NCBI GenBank assembly: GCA_965209025.1
Contig: OZ242375.1
Coordinates: forward strand, 997,562-1,061,561
Direction: 5' to 3'
Length of the DNA: 64,000 nt
DNA from: Acidimicrobiia bacterium
Lineage (GTDB): Bacteria > Actinomycetota > Acidimicrobiia > Spongiisociales > ZC4RG35
Part shown: positions 56,526 through 64,000 of the stretch, in pieces
Position numbering within the stretch: position 1 is the stretch's first letter
Layout of the letters: every line of letters starts with the position of its first letter
The notes under the pieces: model-generated
What the model saw: the letters and a program-made list of their open reading frames with translations, nothing else
Database searches by the model: none
What the model was told of the DNA's origin: nothing
Made by a program: the position numbers and the translations under genes

Positions 56526-57554
56526 GTGAAGCCAACCACCCAGGGGACGCTGTGGGCCGTCAGTTCGGTGGTCTTGGGCTCCTGGTTGCCCCTTCTGTAC
56601 CTCTACACACATGTGAGCGACGACCCGTTTGTCTGGCGGTCCTGGTCGTTCGTCTTCCAGACGCTTTTGTTGGCCCCGGTGATCCTCCTGGTTCCCGCCA
56701 CCGATAAGGACTGGAGGCAGAAAGCCAAAAGACTCCTGTACTACTGGGGCGACGCCGGCGAACCGGTTCGGGTCCGAAATCCCCTGGAAGTGCTGCGAAC
56801 CCCGGCGTTCTGGATGGTGGTCTGCTTCCCCTTGGACCTGGCCGTCTGGGTCTGGGCTGCAACCCTCATCGACCCCTTGGTGGTGAACACGATCTTCCAG
56901 TTGTTCGTGATCGGAATGGTGTGGATGGCCGCCAGGCTGGGGAAGAAGATGTCCGCTGGTCGGCGCAACTCGCCCCATGTCATAAGCGGGAGGTACTGGG
57001 CCCTGATGGTCCTCTCCTTCTTCGGGGCCGCCCTGGTGATCTGGTCGGAGACCGGGGAGGTCGGCGCCCTCAACTGGTTCGGTGTCGTCCTTTCTCTCGC
57101 AGGCGCCGCCACCGCAGTCGGGACCTTCTGGGGATCCATCTCAACCGGGCATCTGATGGGATGGCCGGGCGGCAACTCTCACGACCTGGTGTGGAACGCC
57201 ACCTTTGCGGCTGTGGCCGGTCGGATTCTCGCCCTCCCCCTGGCCCTCCTGGGAAGTGTGCTGTTTTTCCCTCCAACAGAGAACAGCTTCGAGATCAACT
57301 GGGCCATGTTGGGACTCCTCAGCCTCCTCGGAGTCTCCAATGCGGCCGGCGGTCTGGGCTACCGGTACTCGCTGTACGTAACTTCCAGTCTTAGCGTCCA
57401 GCGGATCATGTTCTTCAACCCCGCCTTCCAGATGCTCTGGATCTGGGCTTTCGCCGATGTCTCCATCGCCAACCCCCAAGCGCTGCTGCTCGGCACCGGG
57501 ATCGTGCTCCTCGCCAACCTGGGATCCCAGGCCCAAACCAAGGATCCGCTCTGA
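56526..57554 (+). CDS. DMT/EamA-like membrane protein, paralog 3
   Basis: Same shared motifs. Confidence 0.75.
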   Translation: MKPTTQGTLWAVSSVVLGSWLPLLYLYTHVSDDPFVWRSWSFVFQTLLLAPVILLVPATDKDWRQKAKRLLYYWGDAGEPVRVRNPLEVLRTPAFWMVVCFPLDLAVWVWAATLIDPLVVNTIFQLFVIGMVWMAARLGKKMSAGRRNSPHVISGRYWALMVLSFFGAALVIWSETGEVGALNWFGVVLSLAGAATAVGTFWGSISTGHLMGWPGGNSHDLVWNATFAAVAGRILALPLALLGSVLFFPPTENSFEINWAMLGLLSLLGVSNAAGGLGYRYSLYVTSSLSVQRIMFFNPAFQMLWIWAFADVSIANPQALLLGTGIVLLANLGSQAQTKDPL

Positions 57555-57696
57555 ATCCGACGCCTGCTTTATCCCGACCATGCCGCCCGCGGGAGGGGCC
57601 GGAAGGCTAACCTCGGAAGCACCGAAGGCCCGTGGGCGGTTGCCCAACCGGACTACGTCGCCCGCCAGCCAGACCAGAGACAGGACCCCTCGACCC

Positions 57697-58716
57697 GTGA
57701 ACCCAACCACCAAGGGGACCCTATGGGCCGGGAGTGCGGCTTTCGGCCTCTCCGTGGGACCGGTGCTCTACCTCTTCACCCACACCAGCGACGACCCCTT
57801 CGTGTGGCGCTCCTGGTCGTTCGTCTTCCAGGGGGCGGGTCTGGCCGCGTTGCTCTTCGTGCTCCCCGCAAAGAACAGGGACTGGAGGGGAAAAGCCGCC
57901 GGGCTGCTGCTGTACTGGGGCAAGGACGGGGAGCCGGTTCGCATCCGGACACCTTGGGAGGTGGCGCGAACGCCGGCATTCTGGATGACGATCGGATTCG
58001 CTCTCGATCTGGCCTTCTGGGTCTGGGCCGCCACCCTGATCGACCCTCTGGTGGTGACCATCATCTTCCAACTGGCCTTCATCGGCATGGTCTGGGCGGC
58101 CGCCAGGCTGGGCAGGAGGATCTCCTCCGGAGACCGAGAGTCTCCCCATGTCATCAGCGGGAAGCACTGGACCCTGATGGCTTTCTCCTTTTTGGGCGCC
58201 GCACTGGTGATCTGGTCGGAGACGGGGGAGGTCGGCGCCCTCAACTGGCAGGGCATAGCCGTGGCGGTGGTCGGCACCGCCACCGGCGTCTGGAGTCTGT
58301 GGGGGACTATTTCCGTCGGCCGCCTGATGAGCTGGCCCGGAGACGACCCGAACGATCTGGCCTGGAACTCCACCTATTCCGCGGTCGCGGCGCGGGTCAT
58401 CGGCCTTCCCCTGACCCTCCTGGGAAGCGCCCTGTTCTTCCCGCCGACCGAGAAGACCTTCGAGCTCTCCTGGGCCACCGTGGGGTTTTTGACCCTCATC
58501 GGAATCTTCAACGCTGGCGGAGCCCTCAGTTACCGGTACTCGATGTACGTGACCTCCAGTTTGAGCGTCCAGCGGATCATCTTCTTCACCCCGGTGCTCC
58601 AGATGCTCTGGATCTGGCTCTTCGCCGAAGTCTCCATCGCCAACCCCGTGGCGCTGCTGATCGGCACCGGGATCGTGCTCCTCTCCAACCTGGGATCCCA
58701 GACCGAATCTGCTTGA
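57697..58716 (+). CDS. DMT/EamA-like membrane protein, paralog 4
   Basis: Same shared motifs; start placed by homology (GTG AAC CCA). Confidence 0.75.
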   Translation: MNPTTKGTLWAGSAAFGLSVGPVLYLFTHTSDDPFVWRSWSFVFQGAGLAALLFVLPAKNRDWRGKAAGLLLYWGKDGEPVRIRTPWEVARTPAFWMTIGFALDLAFWVWAATLIDPLVVTIIFQLAFIGMVWAAARLGRRISSGDRESPHVISGKHWTLMAFSFLGAALVIWSETGEVGALNWQGIAVAVVGTATGVWSLWGTISVGRLMSWPGDDPNDLAWNSTYSAVAARVIGLPLTLLGSALFFPPTEKTFELSWATVGFLTLIGIFNAGGALSYRYSMYVTSSLSVQRIIFFTPVLQMLWIWLFAEVSIANPVALLIGTGIVLLSNLGSQTESA

Positions 58717-58810
58717 GGCATCCCACACCTCCTGGCGACACCATTGCCGTCACCGGCGAACGACTGGGCCATCGCGCCTCCGCCGGCCCCGGTTGTATCG
58801 TTCTGAGACG

Positions 58811-60334
58811 ATGCCTGCGCTGATCACCGACCTCCTGGAACGCTCTGCTCGGCTCTATCCCGAGCGACGGGCGGTGGGGATCGTGGGCGGTCCGTCTCTC
58901 AACTACTCCGAGCTTCACCGGCGGGTGGGGAGGGTGGCGGCCGTCCTGGCCCGGACGGGGGTGGGCCGAGGAGACCGGGTGGGGGTGATGGCGTCCGCCG
59001 GCCTGGCGTTCTTCGACGCCTACCTGGGCGCCGCCTGGCTTGGCGCCTCCGCGGTCCCCGTCTCGACGCGACTGGCGCCGGCGGAAGTCGCCCGGCAACT
59101 GGCCGACGCCGAGCCACGGGCGGTGATCGTCGATTCTGACCACGGGGAGACAGTGGCGCAGGCATTCGCCGGCGAGGCCACCTTGATCGAACACGACAGC
59201 CCGGGGTTCCGCCGACTCCTCTCCTCCGCCGAACCGGCCCCCGCTTCGGCCCAGCCGGAGGACACCGCCCTGATCATCTACACCAGTGGAACAACCGGCG
59301 ACCCCAAGGGCGTGTGCCTCTCTCACGCCGCCCTGACGTTCAACGCCTTCGTCACCGCCGTCGCCCAGGAATTCAGGCCCTCGGATGTGTATCTCTCCGC
59401 GACGCCCCTCTATCACGCATCCGCCGGGTTGCGGGTGATCACCATGCTGGTGGACGGACAGACCCATGTGGTGCTCCCCTCCTTCGACGCCGAAGGGGCG
59501 ATGTCGACCCTAACCGACGAGGGGGTAACAACAACAATCATGGTGGCCACCCAACTGCAGAGGATTCTGGATTCACCCTGCTTCGACCCCCAGAGTTTCG
59601 CCTCGATGCGGCTCTTGCTCTATGGCGCATCCCCCACCGGGTCCGACCTGGTGGAAAGGATGATGGAATCCCTCCCGTGCAGCCTCTACCACGGTTACGG
59701 GCTAACCGAAGCTGCGGCGGCGTGCGCCGGCCTCGGAGCGGAGGATCATCGCCAGGGGAAAGGCACGGACCCGTCAGGGCTCTCCTGCGGCCGTCCCATC
59801 GTGGGCGTGGACATGAAGATCCGGGGACCCGATGGCCGGGAGGCCCCGCCGGGAGAGGTGGGAGAACTTCTCATCCGCACCCCGAAGCTGATGTCCGGCT
59901 ACTGGCGCCAGCCGGAAGCCACCGCCAGGGCAATCCGGGAAGGCTGGCTTCACACCGGGGACCTGGCGCATCGAGATCGCCAGGGGTACCTTTATCTGGC
60001 AGGCAGGATAAAGGAGCTGATCATCAGCGGCGGCGTCAACATCTCCCCGTCCCAGATCGAGAACACACTCTCCCATCACCCCGCGGTGGAGGAGGCGGCA
60101 GTGATCGGCCTCCCCGACCGCCTGTGGGGGGAGGCGGTGACCGCGGTGGTGGTTCCCCGCAGGGGCGCCACCCCCACGCTGGAGGAGTTGGCCCGATGGG
60201 TGGGAAGCCGCCTCGCCTCCCATATGAAACCCAAGCGCCTGGTGCTGACCGACCGCTTACCCCGGGGGGATACCGGCAAGGTCCAAAAACATCTGCTGGT
60301 GGAGAGGCACGCAGGGGATCGGGCCGATTCATGA
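58811..60334 (+). CDS. Acyl-CoA synthetase (AMP-binding)
   Basis: YTSGTTGDPKG, YGLTE, TGD and LPRGDTGK. Confidence 0.93.
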   Translation: MPALITDLLERSARLYPERRAVGIVGGPSLNYSELHRRVGRVAAVLARTGVGRGDRVGVMASAGLAFFDAYLGAAWLGASAVPVSTRLAPAEVARQLADAEPRAVIVDSDHGETVAQAFAGEATLIEHDSPGFRRLLSSAEPAPASAQPEDTALIIYTSGTTGDPKGVCLSHAALTFNAFVTAVAQEFRPSDVYLSATPLYHASAGLRVITMLVDGQTHVVLPSFDAEGAMSTLTDEGVTTTIMVATQLQRILDSPCFDPQSFASMRLLLYGASPTGSDLVERMMESLPCSLYHGYGLTEAAAACAGLGAEDHRQGKGTDPSGLSCGRPIVGVDMKIRGPDGREAPPGEVGELLIRTPKLMSGYWRQPEATARAIREGWLHTGDLAHRDRQGYLYLAGRIKELIISGGVNISPSQIENTLSHHPAVEEAAVIGLPDRLWGEAVTAVVVPRRGATPTLEELARWVGSRLASHMKPKRLVLTDRLPRGDTGKVQKHLLVERHAGDRADS

Positions 60335-61434
60335 TTGCCCCGGCCCTCTCCTCGATACCCACCCCAGCCCTGGTGGTGGACCGGGCCGTGATGGAGAACA
60401 ACATCGTGGAGATGGCGCGGCGGATGCGGGAGTTGGGAGTGGACCTCCGCCCTCATTGGAAAACCTCCAAGATGGTGGAGGCCGCCCGCCTCCAGGAGCA
60501 GGCGGGCTGTGCGGGGTTCACCTGCGCCACCCCCGCCGAGGTGGAGTGCCTTCTCGACCACGGCTACGCCGACCTCACCTGGGCCCATCAGCCGGTGGGA
60601 CCCTCCAAGGTCGCCTTCGCCGTTGCGGCCAACCGAAGGGGTACGGTACGGGTGGCCCTCGACTCCCTGGAGGCGGCCGCACCCCTGTCGGAAGCCGCCC
60701 GGGCGGCGGGAGTGGAGGTCCCCTATTTGATTGAAGTGGATACGGGACTGGGCCGGGCAGGGGTGGCGCCCGACCAGGTATTGAAGTTGGCGGGGCGGAT
60801 GGCGGGCCTGGCCGGCCTGAGGTTCGAAGGGATAATCACTCACGCAGGACACCTGAGCGGATTCGGCGCCGACCGCTCGAACCTCGTGGCAGAGGGACTA
60901 GCTGTGGGAAGGACCATGGTGGGAATTGCTCAGGCGCTTCGGGAAGCCGGCTTTCAGGTGACGGTGGTTTCGGTCGGCTCCACGCCCGGTTCCACCTCCA
61001 CACCCACGGTGTCGGGAATAACCGAGGCCCGACCCGGGACTTATGTATTCAACGACGCCAACCAGGTCACCCTGGGGAGCACCGACCTGTCGGGCTGCGC
61101 GCTCACCGTGGCCGCCAGGGTGGTGAGCACTCCCCGGCCCGGGGAGGCGATCATCGATGCCGGGAGCAAGTCAATGAGCTCAGACGGCCCCACCTCGGGA
61201 GCCGGGTTCGGAAGGGTGCTCTCCGAGGACGGCAGCTACGCCGACCTCGAGTTCTTCAAGGCCAACGAGGAGCACGGCTTTCTGAAAGGACCGGGAGTAA
61301 GGGCGCTTCGGGTGGGTGACATGGTGCGCATCGTGCCCAATCACGCCTGCACCACGGTGAACATGTGGAGCCGGGCGCTGGTGGTGGGTGAAGAAGGCGA
61401 CCTGGAGGAGTGGAAGGTCAGAGCCCGCCGCTGA
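60331..61434 (+). CDS. DSD1/D-threonine aldolase-family PLP enzyme
   Basis: LRPHWKT, EVDTGLGRAG, EARPGTYVFND, EEHG and PNHAC. Confidence 0.9.
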   Translation: MIAPALSSIPTPALVVDRAVMENNIVEMARRMRELGVDLRPHWKTSKMVEAARLQEQAGCAGFTCATPAEVECLLDHGYADLTWAHQPVGPSKVAFAVAANRRGTVRVALDSLEAAAPLSEAARAAGVEVPYLIEVDTGLGRAGVAPDQVLKLAGRMAGLAGLRFEGIITHAGHLSGFGADRSNLVAEGLAVGRTMVGIAQALREAGFQVTVVSVGSTPGSTSTPTVSGITEARPGTYVFNDANQVTLGSTDLSGCALTVAARVVSTPRPGEAIIDAGSKSMSSDGPTSGAGFGRVLSEDGSYADLEFFKANEEHGFLKGPGVRALRVGDMVRIVPNHACTTVNMWSRALVVGEEGDLEEWKVRARR

Positions 61435-61462
61435 CTGCGCGCACCGGCCGGGCGCAGTTCGG

Positions 61463-62608
61463 TCACCCGACCCAGGCGGCCAAGCCTTCCAGCAGGCGGT
61501 CGATGTCGTCTCGGGTGTTCCACATGTGAGCCGAGACCCGCACCGAGTTGCCTCTCAATGAGACGTGCACCTTCCTCTCGGCCAACTCCGCCACCAGGGA
61601 CCTTGGATCGGCGCCTTCCGGCAGTCGCAGTCCGACCAGGTGGGCGCTGCGAACCCGGGGGCTGGGAGCCGTCAGCCCCAGTGCGCCGGCTTCCTCCGCC
61701 AGGTGGTCGGTGAGCAACCGGGTGTAGGCCTGGAGCCGGTCTGCCCCCACTCCCGTCATAATCTCAAGGCCACTGCAGGCCGCCTCCGACAGCCAGAGGT
61801 TCCAGGTCTGTCCGGCGTCGTAGCGCCGGGCTCCCGAAGCCAGTTCCCAGCGGTACTCGTTCACCCGGGAGAAGTCTTCGCTCCCCGCCCTTGCCATCCA
61901 GTTGGCGTCGAGCGGCCTTCCGTCCCGGTTCTCCGGCGAGGCCCATAGATACGACATCCCCGGAGCGCCCAGCAGCCACTTGTACCCGACGCACACCACG
62001 AAGTCGGGCCGGATCGCCCCGGCGTCGAAGGGGGCCATGCCAAGACTCTGCGAGAGGTCCACCACCAACCTGGCGCCGACCTCCCGGGCAGCCTTGCCCA
62101 CTACCGCCAGGTCCAGGCGCGTCCCGTCGGTCCAGTGACATGCCGGCGCCGACACCACCGTGATGCTCTCGTCCAGGCGGTCCAGCACCGCGGCGGTCCA
62201 GTCGTCGTCTAAAGGACGCTTTACGAACACCGGCTCTGCGCCCCTCTCCGTATAGGGATACACCATGGCGGGGAACTGCTCGTCCAGCATCAGCACCTTG
62301 TCGCCGGGGCCCGTACCCAGCGCCGAAGCGGCGGTGGCCACGCCGTAGCTGGCTGAGGGAATCAGCGCCACCCCGTCTGGATCTCCGCCCACGACACCGG
62401 AGAACAGTTCTCTAATCCGGTCGCCGGGTGTGAAGAAGTCCGAGACCTCCACTTCGGAGAGCGGACGGTTGACCGCGGCAGCCACGGCCTCCGCAACCGG
62501 GATGGCCCGAGCCCCCAGGTACGCGCTGTTCAGCCAGGCAATGCCGCCGGAGAGACTGAACAGGTGCCGCGCCGGGAGTTCCAGGCCCGAATAGGTTGCC
62601 CCCATCAC
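61463..62608 (-). CDS. Class V aminotransferase-fold PLP enzyme
   Basis: WLNSAY, VDLSQSLG and GYKWLLG; no C-terminal catalytic Cys. Confidence 0.85.
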   Translation of the reverse strand: MMGATYSGLELPARHLFSLSGGIAWLNSAYLGARAIPVAEAVAAAVNRPLSEVEVSDFFTPGDRIRELFSGVVGGDPDGVALIPSASYGVATAASALGTGPGDKVLMLDEQFPAMVYPYTERGAEPVFVKRPLDDDWTAAVLDRLDESITVVSAPACHWTDGTRLDLAVVGKAAREVGARLVVDLSQSLGMAPFDAGAIRPDFVVCVGYKWLLGAPGMSYLWASPENRDGRPLDANWMARAGSEDFSRVNEYRWELASGARRYDAGQTWNLWLSEAACSGLEIMTGVGADRLQAYTRLLTDHLAEEAGALGLTAPSPRVRSAHLVGLRLPEGADPRSLVAELAERKVHVSLRGNSVRVSAHMWNTRDDIDRLLEGLAAWVG

Positions 62609-62609
62609 A

Positions 62610-62852
62610 TCAATTCCCGTCGTTCGGGTAAACCAGGGTTATCTTCTCGAAGGCCAACCCCTTCGAGTTCAGGGTGGAGGCAATCATCGAGGTGAACATC
62701 TCCTTGGGGATCAAGCAGTCATCACATGCTTCGGGTCCCGCCACGATCTCCACACACAGGCCGTCGCCATCCGCCAACCCCACCTGCAACGAGTAGCCAT
62801 CGGCCTCCAAGCCCGACGAAAAGGGGTGCAATGCCGACACGACGGACTCCAT
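62610..62852 (-). CDS. Small NifU-C-like CxxC protein
   Basis: LEADG...ACDDC resembles the NifU C-terminal L..DGG..G.C..C pattern. Confidence 0.6.
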   Translation of the reverse strand: MESVVSALHPFSSGLEADGYSLQVGLADGDGLCVEIVAGPEACDDCLIPKEMFTSMIASTLNSKGLAFEKITLVYPNDGN

Positions 62853-62977
62853 ATCGGGCTGGCGCTTTCCGCTCACAGTCCCCCTAGAGTAGCCTTCAGG
62901 ACTCCCCTTCAAAAGGCCTGATTCTCCTGGGCAACAACGTCTCCCCCTTCCCGATACGCACCGCATTCGGCCATGGA

Positions 62978-63595
62978 GTGGCCGCCTTTCTGCGATCTCC
63001 CGTCCCCCTGCTGATCCGCTCCCTGGTTCTGATGGCCGTGCCGAGCCTGGTGCTCCTGGTTTGGCAGTCCGCCGAGAACCTCAGAGAGACCAACACGCTC
63101 TTCTTCTGGTTCTACCTGCTGATCTGGCTGGGGGGTTTTGTGGTGACCGGCTATGCGGGCTGGCCATTGGCCCGTACCGCTCTCTCCGCGGTGTCCCCCG
63201 ACTACGTCCTCGCCGACGACGACTGGTGGGTGCGGGACGGGTTCGTGAGGACCACGGCGGTTTTCTGCTTCACGGTGGCAGTGGGGACGGTGTTCCTGGT
63301 GGTGCCCGCCATCTTGGTGCTGATGATCTACAGCCTCTATCCCTTCGTGATAGTGGACAAGAAGGCCAAAGGGTTCGGATCGCTGGCCTTGAGTTCTGAA
63401 CTGGGCAAGGGAAACCGGATGCCGCTTCTGGGCCTGATGCTGGCGGCTCTGTTGTTCTACGCCCCCGCCATTTACCTGTTCTTCCAGGTTGCGGGCCTTC
63501 CGGGCATACTGGCGCTGTGGGTGCTGGGAGCTCCGGCACTCTCCCTGGTGGCGACCATCATGGCCGCCGCCTACCGGATCCTCACCTCCCCCTGA
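62978..63595 (+). CDS. Hypothetical membrane protein
   Basis: About 5-6 TM helices; YPFVIVD...SLALS..L.KGN pattern. Confidence 0.7.
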   Translation: MAAFLRSPVPLLIRSLVLMAVPSLVLLVWQSAENLRETNTLFFWFYLLIWLGGFVVTGYAGWPLARTALSAVSPDYVLADDDWWVRDGFVRTTAVFCFTVAVGTVFLVVPAILVLMIYSLYPFVIVDKKAKGFGSLALSSELGKGNRMPLLGLMLAALLFYAPAIYLFFQVAGLPGILALWVLGAPALSLVATIMAAAYRILTSP

Positions 63596-63716
63596 GTCGA
63601 GCCGCTGCCGGTTTGGGGGGTGAACAAGCCTGGGAAGGGCAATGTGGAAACAGTTGCGCGAAACGGTCTCAGCCTCTAAGGTAAATACACAACAAAACTA
63701 CAAGTAAGGAGGACAG

Positions 63717-64000
63717 ATGCTCGCACGTCTACAGAAGTTTGGCGGGTTCTTGGCGGGTATGGTCATTCCCAACATCGGGGCGTTCATCGCCTGGGGATTG
63801 ATCACCGCCTTTTTCATTCCCACCGGATGGACTCCTAACGAGGATCTAGTCGAACTGGTAGGTCCCATCATTGTCTACCTGCTGCCCGTATTGATCGGAT
63901 TCACAGGCGGCAAGATGGTATACGGCCACCGGGGAGGCGTGATCGGCTCCATTGCCACTATGGGGATCATCGTGGGCGCAGACTTCGCACTGGCAAGCGG
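63717..64000 (+). CDS. mtlA: PTS mannitol transporter EIIC(B), truncated by the window edge
   Basis: Translated by hand: [38 protein letters not shown]...[13 protein letters not shown]; AAGGAGG RBS. Confidence 0.92.
   Translation, partial: MLARLQKFGGFLAGMVIPNIGAFIAWGLITAFFIPTGWTPNEDLVELVGPIIVYLLPVLIGFTGGKMVYGHRGGVIGSIATMGIIVGADFALAS

Noticed and set aside
56488-56529. 13-codon mini-ORF bridging the stop of DMT paralog 2 and the start of paralog 3
   Set aside because: Could couple translation, but is too short to distinguish from chance given the shared upstream sequence.
61463-62608. Class V enzyme as the selenocysteine lyase or cysteine desulfurase serving the selenoprotein
   Set aside because: It lacks the C-terminal catalytic Cys motif of IscS/SufS, so that specific call is unsupported.

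Overview
High-GC chromosomal window, most likely from an actinobacterium of class Acidimicrobiia. This is inferred from the conserved tlyA-nadK-recN-pyrG-nudF-xerD-scpAB-rluB-aroA-cmk block, the MutT1-type and MshB/Mca-type genes, the GAAC-N4-GTTC SOS box and the style of the lipoprotein linker. About 1-26 kb is mostly housekeeping, with an atypical pyrC-pyrD-pyrE-pyrF operon and a candidate ~230-nt rod-shaped 6S/Ms1-like ncRNA. About 26-40 kb holds a MacB/FtsX ABC exporter with a tandem operator, a LexA-controlled imuB-dnaE2 cassette lacking imuA, and a URC1-URC4-upp uracil catabolism operon with a divergent uracil permease. About 40-63 kb is an accessory catabolic region. Its main operon is a TRAP transporter with an internally duplicated binding lipoprotein, then AtuA-like, DUF4387, a hidden UGA-recoded UGSC-family selenoprotein (split in the ORF track) and its partner, acyl-CoA dehydrogenase, SDR and BKACE. 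It is flanked by a thiolase, a P450 and a VOC protein, and followed by four tandem paralogous DMT-like membrane proteins. No rRNA, tRNA or CRISPR array was seen. All family calls come from motif recognition, not database searches.
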